NCBI GenBank assembly: GCA_051294905.1
Contig: CM119371.1
Span: forward strand, 33,666,001 to 33,730,000
Direction of reading: 5' to 3'
Source of the DNA: Botryllus schlosseri
Lineage: Eukaryota
DNA length: 64,000 bases
Of this stretch, positions 51,101-57,398 are shown one piece after another. How positions within the stretch are numbered: position 1 is the stretch's first letter; every line of letters starts with the position of its first letter. A model generated the notes under the pieces. The model saw only the letters and a list, made by a program, of their open reading frames with translations, did not search any database and was not told the origin of the DNA. A program made the position numbers and the translations under genes.

Positions 51101-51180
51101 AATGCTTACTTTCCACGCCATGAATGCTTCGTAGTAAAAAAGCAAGCAATGTCAATGTTATCCGGAATCAATTGCGCCAT
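97..51180 (-). CDS. DNAJC13: DnaJ homolog subfamily C member 13 / RME-8 (endosomal J-domain co-chaperone); 44 coding exons in window, 3' end continues beyond position 1
   Basis: 44 GT-AG bounded exons with compatible phases, joining to 5496 nt. Peptides are colinear with the remembered human DNAJC13 from [15 protein letters not shown] through the GYF-like segment ([19 protein letters not shown]) and the J-domain ([11 protein letters not shown]) to [14 protein letters not shown]. There is an in-frame TGA about 30 nt upstream of the ATG. Confidence 0.97.
984..1230 (-). CDS. DNAJC13: DNAJC13 coding exon 43 (with proline-rich insert)
   Basis: YVLSLMAL...NPPVPMKP...[32 protein letters not shown]; CAG acceptor, GTAAGT donor. 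Confidence 0.9.
2369..2825 (+). mobile_element. MITE family A copy, right TIR missing
   Basis: CAGGGTTGTAATGACTCGAG start and family A body. Confidence 0.8.
3040..3093 (-). CDS. DNAJC13: DNAJC13 coding exon 42
   Basis: [18 protein letters not shown]; 54 nt. Confidence 0.92.
5182..5298 (-). CDS. DNAJC13: DNAJC13 coding exon 41
   Basis: [39 protein letters not shown]. Confidence 0.95.
5602..5715 (-). CDS. DNAJC13: DNAJC13 coding exon 40
   Basis: [38 protein letters not shown]. Confidence 0.95.
8013..8745. mobile_element. Foldback-type element with ~150-bp inverted arms and an internal TTAGGG-rich array
   Basis: 8013-8160 is the reverse complement of 8600-8745; G-rich array at 8150-8525 with a short inverted C-rich copy at 8536-8612. 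Confidence 0.8.
9001..9103 (-). CDS. DNAJC13: DNAJC13 coding exon 39
   Basis: [34 protein letters not shown]. Confidence 0.92.
9210..9445 (-). CDS. DNAJC13: DNAJC13 coding exon 38
   Basis: NLQRLC...[40 protein letters not shown]. Confidence 0.96.
9518..10365 (+). repeat. Minisatellite-bearing element: family A left end, ACTAGA-based 36/42-bp tandem array, family E right end
   Basis: CAGGGTTGTAATGACTAGAG start; units like TTTTCAGAAGTCGCA(ACTAGA)nACTACTGA; ends AATTGTACAAGTCTG. Related pieces at 6696-6866, 10860-11010 and 37790-37955. Confidence 0.8.
10416..10607 (-). CDS. DNAJC13: DNAJC13 coding exon 37
   Basis: [10 protein letters not shown]...[14 protein letters not shown]...DVCRILYYK. 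Confidence 0.95.
11088..11272 (-). CDS. DNAJC13: DNAJC13 coding exon 36
   Basis: LEPYKYAGY...[17 protein letters not shown]...[18 protein letters not shown]. Confidence 0.96.
11330..11620. repeat. Family B interspersed repeat, divergent inverted pair
   Basis: Core GACGATTACCCCTGACGAGTGTCAGCCGAAAAT in both orientations around a central TTTCATGCCGGTGACGTCATATTTTGTG. Other copies at about 3720, 4790, 8770, 10680, 20040, 21540, 24380/24490, 30160, 32220, 37975, 48100 and 53320. Confidence 0.8.
12315..12453 (-). CDS. DNAJC13: DNAJC13 coding exon 35
   Basis: [14 protein letters not shown]...[24 protein letters not shown]; preceded by a 63-nt intron. Confidence 0.95.
12517..12595 (-). CDS. DNAJC13: DNAJC13 coding exon 34 (J-domain HPD motif)
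   Basis: [26 protein letters not shown]. Confidence 0.96.
12914..13411 (+). mobile_element. hAT-type MITE family A (~500 bp), complete copy
   Basis: TIRs CAGGGTCGTAAC...TTACGACCCTG; perfect 8-bp TSD GTGAACGG; many GACTCGAG subterminal repeats. Confidence 0.9.
13637..13752 (-). CDS. DNAJC13: DNAJC13 coding exon 33 (start of J-domain)
   Basis: [38 protein letters not shown]. Confidence 0.95.
13980..14520 (+). mobile_element. Degenerate hAT (Buster-like) remnant
   Basis: Right TIR GGTTTGAGAAACACTG followed by CCCTAGAA; decayed VINFIKT..PI and SLSRAK (cf. WLSRGK) coding traces. Confidence 0.4.
14614..15424 (+). mobile_element. Family D copy (hATC remnant frameshifted)
   Basis: TAGGGCGATTTTTTT start; ...GCTGCTGTTGAACGTTCTTTCTCCATTCTTGGCAAG. 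Confidence 0.8.
15602..15803 (-). CDS. DNAJC13: DNAJC13 coding exon 32
   Basis: [18 protein letters not shown]...[12 protein letters not shown]...WPIKDP. Confidence 0.95.
15894..16378 (+). mobile_element. MITE family A copy
   Basis: Both TIRs present, TSD degenerate. Confidence 0.82.
16404..16876 (-). mobile_element. Family D, internally deleted copy
   Basis: Both ends of family D; TSD GTTATGAC/GATATGAC. Confidence 0.78.
16893..17044 (-). CDS. DNAJC13: DNAJC13 coding exon 31
   Basis: [19 protein letters not shown]...[18 protein letters not shown]. Confidence 0.94.
17100..18100. repeat. Degenerate A-tract-rich satellite, about 2.5 units of 360-430 bp
   Basis: Recurrent blocks CTC(A/G)GGCCAA (17228, 17589, ~17996), ACGCTAGC (17334, 17763) and GATTCAG (17550, 17953). 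Confidence 0.7.
18187..18290 (-). CDS. DNAJC13: DNAJC13 coding exon 30
   Basis: [34 protein letters not shown]. Confidence 0.95.
18430..18529 (-). CDS. DNAJC13: DNAJC13 coding exon 29
   Basis: [33 protein letters not shown]. Confidence 0.95.
18994..19078 (-). CDS. DNAJC13: DNAJC13 coding exon 28
   Basis: [28 protein letters not shown]. Confidence 0.95.
19180..19990 (+). mobile_element. Decayed DNA transposon with transposase-like remnant
   Basis: Starts CACTGGCCAACAG; subterminal inverted pair GCCGAGTCCGAAAATGACATT / AATGTCATGTTCGGATTCAGC; 19468-19560 reads [30 protein letters not shown], resembling a widespread invertebrate TE-protein family (recognised from memory). Confidence 0.5.
20681..20883 (-). 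CDS. DNAJC13: DNAJC13 coding exon 27 (GYF-like segment)
   Basis: MKDFWKDG...[13 protein letters not shown]...ICEYYPS. Confidence 0.95.
21014..21537 (+). mobile_element. MITE family A copy
   Basis: Both ends present and family A body. Confidence 0.82.
21751..21960 (-). CDS. DNAJC13: DNAJC13 coding exon 26
   Basis: [25 protein letters not shown]...[21 protein letters not shown]. Confidence 0.95.
22385..22447 (-). CDS. DNAJC13: DNAJC13 coding exon 25
   Basis: [21 protein letters not shown]. Confidence 0.94.
22679..22838 (-). CDS. DNAJC13: DNAJC13 coding exon 24
   Basis: [16 protein letters not shown]...[16 protein letters not shown]. Confidence 0.95.
23325..23824 (-). mobile_element. MITE family A copy (reverse)
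   Basis: Both TIRs; TSD TAGTGGGG/TAGTTAGG (6/8). Confidence 0.82.
24082..24185 (-). CDS. DNAJC13: DNAJC13 coding exon 23
   Basis: [34 protein letters not shown]. Confidence 0.95.
24791..24898 (-). CDS. DNAJC13: DNAJC13 coding exon 22
   Basis: [36 protein letters not shown]. Confidence 0.95.
25086..25460 (+). mobile_element. MITE family A copy
   Basis: Same family; perfect 8-bp TSD GCGTCAAT. Confidence 0.88.
25486..25531 (-). CDS. DNAJC13: DNAJC13 coding exon 21
   Basis: [15 protein letters not shown] (IWN repeat); 46 nt. Confidence 0.92.
25845..26528. mobile_element. hAT (Charlie/Buster-like) MITE
   Basis: CAGTGGTTCCCAACC...GGTTAGAGATCACTG; GAGCCGC subterminal motifs; interior homologous to about 35950-36400. 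Confidence 0.7.
27081..27845 (+). mobile_element. hAT deletion derivative, family D, retaining the C-terminal dimerisation-domain coding remnant
   Basis: TIR (T)AGGGCGATTTTTT; perfect TSD CTAATCAG; ORF 27336-27587 contains [16 protein letters not shown], the hATC motif. Confidence 0.88.
27893..28053 (-). CDS. DNAJC13: DNAJC13 coding exon 20
   Basis: IERVVSK...HWRDQMG...[23 protein letters not shown]. Confidence 0.93.
28161..28267 (+). mobile_element. MITE family A right-end fragment
   Basis: GACTTGACTCGGTGGTGAATTGAAAATG...CAACCCTG. Confidence 0.7.
29087..29143 (-). CDS. DNAJC13: DNAJC13 coding exon 19
   Basis: [19 protein letters not shown]; 57 nt, CAG/GTACGG boundaries. Confidence 0.88.
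29272..29367 (-). CDS. DNAJC13: DNAJC13 coding exon 18
   Basis: [32 protein letters not shown]. Confidence 0.94.
29978..30124 (-). CDS. DNAJC13: DNAJC13 coding exon 17
   Basis: [34 protein letters not shown]...RRTL. Confidence 0.95.
30522..30629 (-). CDS. DNAJC13: DNAJC13 coding exon 16
   Basis: [22 protein letters not shown]...LALAE. Confidence 0.95.
30897..31210 (-). mobile_element. MITE family A, truncated (reverse)
   Basis: CAGGGTTGTAACCAAGTCACAAGG start. Confidence 0.75.
31241..31396 (-). CDS. DNAJC13: DNAJC13 coding exon 15
   Basis: [30 protein letters not shown]...IFKLFQ. Confidence 0.95.
32029..32136 (-). CDS. DNAJC13: DNAJC13 coding exon 14
   Basis: [36 protein letters not shown]. 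Confidence 0.95.
32662..32761 (-). CDS. DNAJC13: DNAJC13 coding exon 13
   Basis: [33 protein letters not shown]. Confidence 0.95.
32822..33734 (+). mobile_element. MITE family A composite with two right ends (33548 and 33734)
   Basis: Family A body with a second 3' segment; outer flanks CACCAATC/CACCAAAA (6/8). Confidence 0.75.
33845..33950 (-). CDS. DNAJC13: DNAJC13 coding exon 12
   Basis: [34 protein letters not shown]. Confidence 0.95.
34085..35460. mobile_element. hAT-type non-autonomous element hosting a family A insertion
   Basis: CCGTGGTTCTCAACC...GGTTGAGAACCACAG termini; CACGGACCCC subterminal motifs. Confidence 0.72.
34867..35431 (-). mobile_element. MITE family A copy nested in another hAT element
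   Basis: CAGGGTTGTAA...TTACAACCCTG; perfect TSD GTTAGAGG. Confidence 0.9.
35495..36940. mobile_element. Possible piggyBac-like non-autonomous or composite element
   Basis: TTAA|CCGAATGGCAACGGC...GCCGGTGCCAAACGG|TTAA (imperfect TIR); left part homologous to 18600-18700. Confidence 0.4.
37069..37163 (-). CDS. DNAJC13: DNAJC13 coding exon 11
   Basis: [31 protein letters not shown]. Confidence 0.94.
37266..37770 (-). mobile_element. Family D copy, partial (ORF 37572-37760 with [14 protein letters not shown])
   Basis: hATC motif and family D end; the complementary end is at about 40160-40449. Confidence 0.8.
38039..38190 (-). CDS. DNAJC13: DNAJC13 coding exon 10
   Basis: [11 protein letters not shown]...[30 protein letters not shown]. 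Confidence 0.95.
38249..38767. mobile_element. MITE family C copy
   Basis: TAGGGTCTTCAAAA...GAAGACCCCTA; TSD GTGTACAA/GCGTACAA. Confidence 0.85.
38959..39401 (-). mobile_element. MITE family A copy (reverse)
   Basis: Degenerate TIRs and family A body. Confidence 0.8.
39580..39738 (-). CDS. DNAJC13: DNAJC13 coding exon 9
   Basis: VFSLVRD...[21 protein letters not shown]. Confidence 0.95.
40691..40786 (-). CDS. DNAJC13: DNAJC13 coding exon 8
   Basis: [32 protein letters not shown]. Confidence 0.95.
40886..42000 (-). mobile_element. MITE family A copy interrupted by family C
   Basis: Family A sequence on both sides of 41225-41887. Confidence 0.78.
41225..41887. mobile_element. hAT-type MITE family C
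   Basis: TIRs TAGGGCTCTTCAAAA...TTTTGAAGAGCCCTA; TSD ACGCACAA/ATGCACAA; repeated TTGGAATTGAACCAAATTTGG motif; near-palindromic body. Confidence 0.88.
42033..42239 (-). CDS. DNAJC13: DNAJC13 coding exon 7
   Basis: HLFTCADPQ...[28 protein letters not shown]; 207 nt. Confidence 0.95.
43357..43884. mobile_element. Palindromic TTAA-flanked MITE (Kolobok-like)
   Basis: AGGGGCAC...GTGCCCT termini, TCAA/TTAA flanks, about 200-bp inverted arms. Confidence 0.72.
44013..44063 (-). CDS. DNAJC13: DNAJC13 coding exon 6
   Basis: [17 protein letters not shown]; 51 nt, too short for the ORF track, CAG/GTACGT boundaries. Confidence 0.88.
44314..45588. mobile_element. Non-autonomous hAT element
   Basis: TIRs CAGTGCTCTTCAACC...GGTTGAAGAGCACTG; TSD CCATAGTA/CCCTAGTA; GTACACCC subterminal repeats at both ends. 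Confidence 0.85.
44387..44700. mobile_element. MITE family C, truncated, nested in the hAT element 44314-45588
   Basis: TAGGGGTCTTCAAAAAT left end and family C body. Confidence 0.75.
45639..45728 (-). CDS. DNAJC13: DNAJC13 coding exon 5
   Basis: [30 protein letters not shown]; 90 nt. Confidence 0.94.
45854..46350 (+). mobile_element. MITE family A, right end truncated
   Basis: CAGGGTTGTAATGACTCGAG start. Confidence 0.8.
46823..46921 (-). CDS. DNAJC13: DNAJC13 coding exon 4
   Basis: RYCKHF...[15 protein letters not shown]; 99 nt. Confidence 0.94.
47294..47803. mobile_element. Palindromic TTAA-flanked MITE (Kolobok-like), second copy
   Basis: TTAA|AGAGGCAC...GTGCCCCT|TTAA; homologous along its length to 43357-43884. 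Confidence 0.78.
49077..49226 (-). CDS. DNAJC13: DNAJC13 coding exon 3
   Basis: WPYSDFAG...[16 protein letters not shown]; 150 nt. Confidence 0.95.
49426..49880. mobile_element. Family C-related MITE
   Basis: TAGGGTAGTTTCAAAA...TTTTGAACAGCCCTA with TTGGAATTGAACCAAATT motif; related fragments at about 22150-22263, 28280-28990, 42250-42879 and 55060-55140. Confidence 0.65.
50185..50260 (-). CDS. DNAJC13: DNAJC13 coding exon 2
   Basis: [25 protein letters not shown]; CAG acceptor, GTAAG donor. Confidence 0.95.
51110..51180 (-). CDS. DNAJC13: DNAJC13 coding exon 1 (start codon)
   Basis: [23 protein letters not shown](K); donor GTAAGC, phase 2. Confidence 0.93.
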
Positions 51181-52411
51181 CCTTTTCTGGCTATCCGAAG
51201 GATGAGTATATCCTCAGCTTTTCAATTCCTTGTAACAGCAACACACCCACGCAGTAAGTTATAACACACCCACGCAGTAAGTTATAGTGACGTTCACATC
51301 AATATGCCGTATATACCTAGAGTTCTGTGAAAAGCAACAACATCTCTGTGTTATTAGTAGCTAGGCTGTTTCATCAATGCGATGTAAGCGATAATACATA
51401 GCCAACGGTTTCATACAGTCCCTATAAGGAATCAAGATGCATGGAAACGAGACTTAATGGGACGCAATACACGATTATATCTGAGTCAACTATACATGGA
51501 TGTGAAAAGCCTATAAAACCTAGATGTCTTTCCAAACTTTGTGCAGTTCATTTTTAGAATTCTGTTAATCATTTCAATCAGTGCTGCCATCTTAGTACAA
51601 TGCAACAATGCAATGCAATCTTTAATACTACAAGCCAGATTAAAAATTCGTTTTAGTCACTTTTCTAAGAAATGGTTTTCAATTGCAGACACATAAAATG
51701 GCCTTGGAACAAAGAAGGTGAAGACTCGTCAATCTAATCCTACTACGTAGGACCATATCATAATCTCTCTCCTGTTGCAATTTGACCAAAACTGTATAAA
51801 TTGCTATATTGTTTGTTCAATTTTTTACAGAGTATTGATGTGTAGGAGTACCTATACTCATTAGGCCTACTTGCATGACAAAATTGTCCCATATTCTCTG
51901 AAGCTATTCTGTAGTGATACCATTGTGCAGTATTGGATTCTTCAAGACAAACTGTGACGTATTATAGTAGATTACTAATCACAGTACAGGATTACCGGAC
52001 CACCACCTAACATATCGATCTTGCCTTCCACCACATGCCACCCCATTTTGTCGCTTGCCTTTTATATTCTCTGCTTTACTCTCCATTCGGTGTGGATGAA
52101 TCTTCTCTACTTCGCCTAGGCCAAGGTGGGTGTCTGATCTCAAAGACTACTCCAAGTTGTTTCGACACCTTCCCATCTTTTCGTTGTATCACGTTTTGTG
52201 GCGTTTTGAAATGATGAAAATATTCATAACTGATACCGATATTGGTACCAATTTACAAAAGATTATCAGGAATAAATTGGTAGTTTCAATTTTCAGTAGT
52301 TTCAATATACCATTGTGAATTTTCAAGCTAATTTTCTTTCATTCTACTCTTTTGTTGATTTTACCAGGAAGGAAAGTACTTTATCGGTTCATTGGCTGAC
52401 CAATGGTTAAT

Positions 52412-52453
52412 CAGGGATATCTAGAACTAGATATCTAGTTCTAGATATCCCTG
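52412..52453. mobile_element. 42-bp perfect palindrome with 7-bp target duplication (minimal MITE)
   Basis: CAGGGATATCTAGAACTAGATATCTAGTTCTAGATATCCCTG is its own reverse complement; GGTTAAT on both sides. Confidence 0.75.
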
Positions 52454-52499
52454 GGTTAATGTTAGGCTTGTATAGGTTTAGCATCCCTAAGAATTACCA

Positions 52500-52870
52500 A
52501 GTCGATAGGTTATAGAGAGAGAGAGAGAGTCTTTATTTTCAACCATACCATCTATATTGTAAGGGCTTGGTGTTCTATTGACTACGGTAATGCTGAGTCA
52601 ATTGTAAGATTGTTCTCTCTGTTTCCAGACTGAGGTCAAGAGCTAACCTAATCCTAATCCTAAGCCAAGCCGACCACGAAATCTAATTATAGTCCCAGCT
52701 CAAAGCTAACCGTCCTGTCCGTCCATTGGTTGACGAATGGTAACGACCTCAGAATGGAATTTGGAAGAATGGCAATACAATTATGGACGAATCAACCAGG
52801 CCGAAGGATCATCAATCTTATTCATCTGTAAATTATAAGGCAATACACGAAGGAAACTTTCCTTAGGAAA
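52500..52870 (-). mobile_element. LINE (CR1/L2-like) 3' remnant
   Basis: Tail GAAAATAAAGACTCTCTCTCT shared with 56487; decayed LRVLPYN similar to IRELPYN at 56.8 kb. Confidence 0.35.
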
Positions 52871-52939
52871 GGAGGGCTAGGGCTATGTCAGTTGTCAGTC
52901 AAGACTTGACAGCAACACTCAACACTGCAATGTAACAAC

Positions 52940-53150
52940 TAAAAATCGAGTTGGGACTACGGTAAAGTCATCACTACTGGCTATTCAAGATATGGAACAG
53001 TAAATGCGGCGTCTCGGTAGCATTCCAAGATATATAGGATTGTTGTACTGCTGTACGATGAGCATATACGTAGCTTAACTTAGTCAAATCGGCAGCCAAA
53101 ATCCCCGATACGATTCTCCACTCTCGCGTCTACGGTCCGGTGACTCGATT
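52940..53150 (-). mobile_element. RTE-like LINE reverse transcriptase C-terminal remnant
   Basis: RVENRIG...KLRI...TTILY..EC resembles the RTE consensus (VENRIAKA...TTLLYGCET). Confidence 0.35.
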
Positions 53151-53489
53151 GCCTCGAAAAATCATATGTGCACATAATGCGCATCGTGGTTATGTTCGGA
53201 ATCCGAACGGAGCTGGATTTAGGATATTTCTATGATACAGATCAGCATTGCGTCACTTAATGGCTCTGAAAATGTGCATATTTGAACTTTTCAAATTTTC
53301 CATGGTGGTATATCTTATAAAATAGTATGTTCATATTGAAATGAACCCGAATACTTTCGGCTGAGAATCGTCAGGGGCAATCGTCAATTTTTTTCTTCTC
53401 AATAAAACACACAATGTACATTGTACGATCAGATACACAAGACACAATGCCGTGTAAAAATGAACGGATAGGAGGATGGAGATAACAAC

Positions 53490-53770
53490 GTAGCAAGAAG
53501 GTCTATCAATCTATCGTCCACCTCGGCCTAATGCCCAATCTTTCCGGCTGTTCTTTTATTCAGACACTTTTTCTGGATCTTCTCTGTTTTCTTTTCATTC
53601 GTGGTTTACGTGGTCTTTTTCTTGGGTTTTTAAAATGATATGACGTAAGAACAGCGACGTGAGGAATGAGAACCCCATATAAACCCTGAAAACGTGCTAG
53701 TGCCGAGAATCTGACCCGGTTCTCCAGCGTCGATGGCTGCGGTTAGCAATCTCTGGATTCATTTCGACAC
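53490..53770 (-). mobile_element. Possible tRNA-derived SINE remnant
   Basis: Minus strand CCGGGTCAGATTCTCGG resembles a degenerate B box; SINE-like tail GATTGGGCATTAGGCCG. Confidence 0.3.
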
Positions 53771-54424
53771 GTTCCTATCTTTTCATCTTTTCATTGGTAC
53801 TGCGTTGAGTGTAAGAGAAACAAGCTGTGTCAAAGGATACAATACGTAAAGGGCAGACAGATATTGAAAATCTGCTAGTACTTCACGGCTATCTGCTACC
53901 GAATAGTAATGTTGTTTACTACTTTGGCATTGTTCTGGACGTCGAGCTACCATATCGGAACCCCCCGCCATCTCAAGAAGATCGTGGATGGCATTCCGTC
54001 ATATCGCCTATATAGGCAGTGCGCCGTATCCTACGCCTTCGATATCTTGTGATTCTGTTACATGTTGTTATATTACTAATTGTAATTGACGATATTTGAT
54101 ATCATCATTGATATCATGTTAGTATGATTTGAACAAGAATAGCTAAGCCAATGAATCTATTTATCTAAACGCTCACTGGTAATAATCGGACGAATATTGG
54201 TAAATGCTGCTATTCTATCTATTTTTAGAACAGGCTCACGGGCTACTAATATGTTCCTCGTGGGCTACCTGGGGCCCGCGGGCACCGCGTTGGTGACCAC
54301 TGATTTAGACTAATGCATTGTACCTTGATTACTTTGGATGTGGATGTTAACATCAAATACGGAAACAGAATCCCAATACGATCTGGATTCCATTTTATCG
54401 CATTAGAGCTCGCTACCTTATGAT

Positions 54425-55050
54425 TAGGGCGATTTTTTTTTACCTTAAAAACGCAAGATTTTGACCTAAAAAAATCAAAATTTTGACATTTTTTTACCTT
54501 AAAAATCTTAATTTTGTCAGAATTTGACCTATCGTATGCAAATTAGGTGTTTTTCCACATAATGTTAGAATTGTACTACTTATCTTCATTTTTGGTTGAA
54601 ACTGTCTGTCCTTACGAAGTAATTGGGCCTGAAAACGATTTTTGTGCCTCTAAAACTGACTAATTGTTACATGAAAAAACTTTATTTCAACGAAATCTGG
54701 CCCTATGAAGAATTTCAGTAGTTACATTACGCATCATGGTAAAAATGATTCAAAAATTTTGTAGTACAACGAAAGATACGTTCTTACATTATCTGGTAGA
54801 AAGTGTAGTCCTTACTATGTAGCTTGCCAAGAATGGAGAAAGAACGTTGAACAGCAGCAGTGGTTGGCTGACAACACTAAAGTTGTGCATAGGCCTACAC
54901 TGCTGGTGACAAACCGTGCTGCTTGATTCTGGCAATGGTGTCTATCTACATCACAATTTTTCATCATGCGCTTCTTGATATAAGAACCATGAAATGCCCA
55001 CGCAGTCTTGCTCAAGTTGGGATATTGCGATGCGTTGAGCACCATCTCAA
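54425..55050 (-). mobile_element. Family D copy, partial
   Basis: TAGGGCGATTTTTTTT end and frameshifted hATC remnant. Confidence 0.78.
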
Positions 55051-55439
55051 CTCATTTGTTTCATTTGGATAATACGAGGATTATCAACGAAAAACTCTAA
55101 TAACTCCGCTTCTACTAGTTGGAATTGAGTCAAATTTGCACAATTGCATCTGCATCGGTGGCTTCGGCCTGCTATGCACGATATCATTGCTGGCCTACAT
55201 ATTAGCATCTGTAATAGGCCTGTTGCGGAAGATATCATTGCTGGCCTAACTATCGTGTCTTGGGCCTAGCATGCTTTGGCTCTTATCTCTCGCGGGTTTG
55301 GAGAAGATGCGGTCGAGTTTACGCTGATCAGTATTGTTTCATGTGATATTGATTAGATAGCGACATCGCGATCGCGATAAACTTGATTGCTGGACGTACT
55401 CGTATCGAGAGCAACAATATAGAATTTAAAACTATTGGG

Positions 55440-55990
55440 CATTTGGTATACAGTGGATTTCTATTGATAAGATCGCCGCATGCGCCCGGAAGTGGAATAA
55501 ATTCTAGCACATGAGTCATGAATGGCCAACCTCTGGCCGTAGAAGGAAATTTGCCTGGCCGTCAACACGTAATTAGAATGTGTTGGCAGCCATCGGCATT
55601 AAAATTGAATTTACGAATTGACTCCCAAATATTTGAGATATTTTGAATAATCCTAAAATTTTCGAGGAATGCACCAATATCGCTAAAATCGCTGTTTTAA
55701 TCTGCAAACAATCGCCGCGAAGCCAGAAACCGCTAGAGACAATTACCATGGAAAACCCATTCAGCTTTCCATGCAATTACTGATTGGCTGTGCGATTTCG
55801 CGCATCATTATTGGCCGCTTGAAACCTCATATTCGAGAGTTGTTGTGTTTCACTTGCGAACTTGCCGGGCCAGTGCGTAGTGTTAGTGTATTTCGTTATT
55901 CATGCACAATGCGCCGTGTGAGTAACATTGATGCAACTCCAAATTCTCAGTGACGTAATTCCGAGTTTTGTTCGATACATTCCGTCGGAC
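55440..55990 (-). promoter_or_regulatory. Candidate housekeeping promoter for DNAJC13
   Basis: CpG-rich, repeat-free stretch with adjacent NRF1-like CGCATGCGC (55477) and ETS CCGGAAGTG (55486), ATTGG/CCAAT boxes (about 55783 and 55811) and a CRE-like TGACGTAA (55951); TSS not determinable from sequence. Confidence 0.35.
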
Positions 55991-56184
55991 GGACTGCGAT
56001 AGCGCAGTTACACTTTCGAATGATCGTACTGTTCTAAGATTCCATTGTTCCGACCTAGAGATGGGCTTTATTAAACTGATCCTGCAACATACGACAAATG
56101 AGATACACAGTATAGGAACAGTTCAAATACGATAACACAAGACCAACACATAGAACAACTGAGAACGGATTACCTACTCAGAGC

Positions 56185-57398
56185 TAGGGTTCTGGTTTAA
56201 ATCATTTTGCCCTTGATTAAAATCGATTTTAATCAATTAAATAATTCAAATCATGATTTTTTTGATTTTTTTACTCATAATAACAGCAACACCAACAAAA
56301 GAAAATGGGATGAATGACGACCATGTCAATCAAGGCGATGAAGAATAACGCTTATACTTTAATAATATGGGGCAGGGAATTATCATCCAGATAGCTGAAA
56401 ACGTTCAACCTATGTGGTAATGATAGCTGAAAACCTATGTGATAATGATGGGTCGCGCGAATCATTACTGATCGGTTCTAGTAGCGCGAGAGAGAGAGAG
56501 TCTTTATTTTCATCCAACCGAAATACACAACAAACGGCAGTGATGGCGGTAAAGAAAATATGCGTGCACACTGCACAGTATTCGGTATTAGATAGGAATG
56601 ATCGATAAGACCGTGAAGGTCATCTAGTCTGATCACACCAGCATCAAACAGGTACACTTGACTCTGAACAGTCTGGCTGTAAAAAATGTTTAGTTAAGAA
56701 AGGAAAATAGAAGAACAATTAAACAATGGTAACAAATGATCAATGAAGCAATGTCTGGGCGAGGTAGGGCAACAGTGTTAGTGTAACGACAAGAGGTGAT
56801 CAAGTAGGGCTTTTTTGAATCTATTATAAGGCAATTCACGGATATGTGGTGGTAATGCATTCCAAATGATAGGTCCCGAGTAGTCGATAGATCTCTTAGT
56901 TAGCGAGGAAACATGTTGAGTCAAATCGGGACCATCCATAATAGTTGTATTCATCTTGATCGATGGAGTGGTTTCTGCCAGAAAACTGGATCAGAGATAA
57001 GGGTTTTTTTCAAATTCGACAGAGACTCCCGATTGCGCTTCGCTTGCTGTATCCCAGCAGTGCCTCGGAAATAGCAGCAGCATGTTCCAGACAACTAACC
57101 AGTATTCAATAGCAAAACGCTAACATATTATTTGACTATCGCTCTTTGTTCTTTTCCCATCTGTCTGTCAAATAGCTGCACTATACCGCTGCCGGTGACG
57201 AGATGTTATCTCCGGTTTATATAAAATGCACATGATTGTCCGATAATAATACCCACATTCACACATCTCGTCCGAAAATTTGAAAAAAACAAAAAAATCG
57301 ATAAAATCAAAATGGTAAAATTAAAATCAAAAATCAACGAAAAAAACCTGATTTAAATCACACTGATTTAAATCAGCCTGATTTAAACCAGAACCCTA
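56185..57398. mobile_element. hAT-type element inserted in the gypsy 3' LTR
   Basis: TIRs TAGGGTTCTGGTTTAAATC...GATTTAAACCAGAACCCTA; TSD CTCAGAGC/TTCAGAGC. Confidence 0.88.
56485..56960 (-). mobile_element. CR1-like LINE 3' fragment inside the hAT element
   Basis: RSIDYSGPIIWNALPPHIRELPYNRFKKALLDHLLSLH* followed by GACTAGATGACC..GGTC, a CR1-type 3' UTR motif. Confidence 0.65.

Noticed and set aside
97-51180. DNAJC13 as a TE-disrupted pseudogene
   Set aside because: Every expected segment was found with canonical splice sites, compatible phases, no stops and an intact HPD motif. All TE insertions are intronic.
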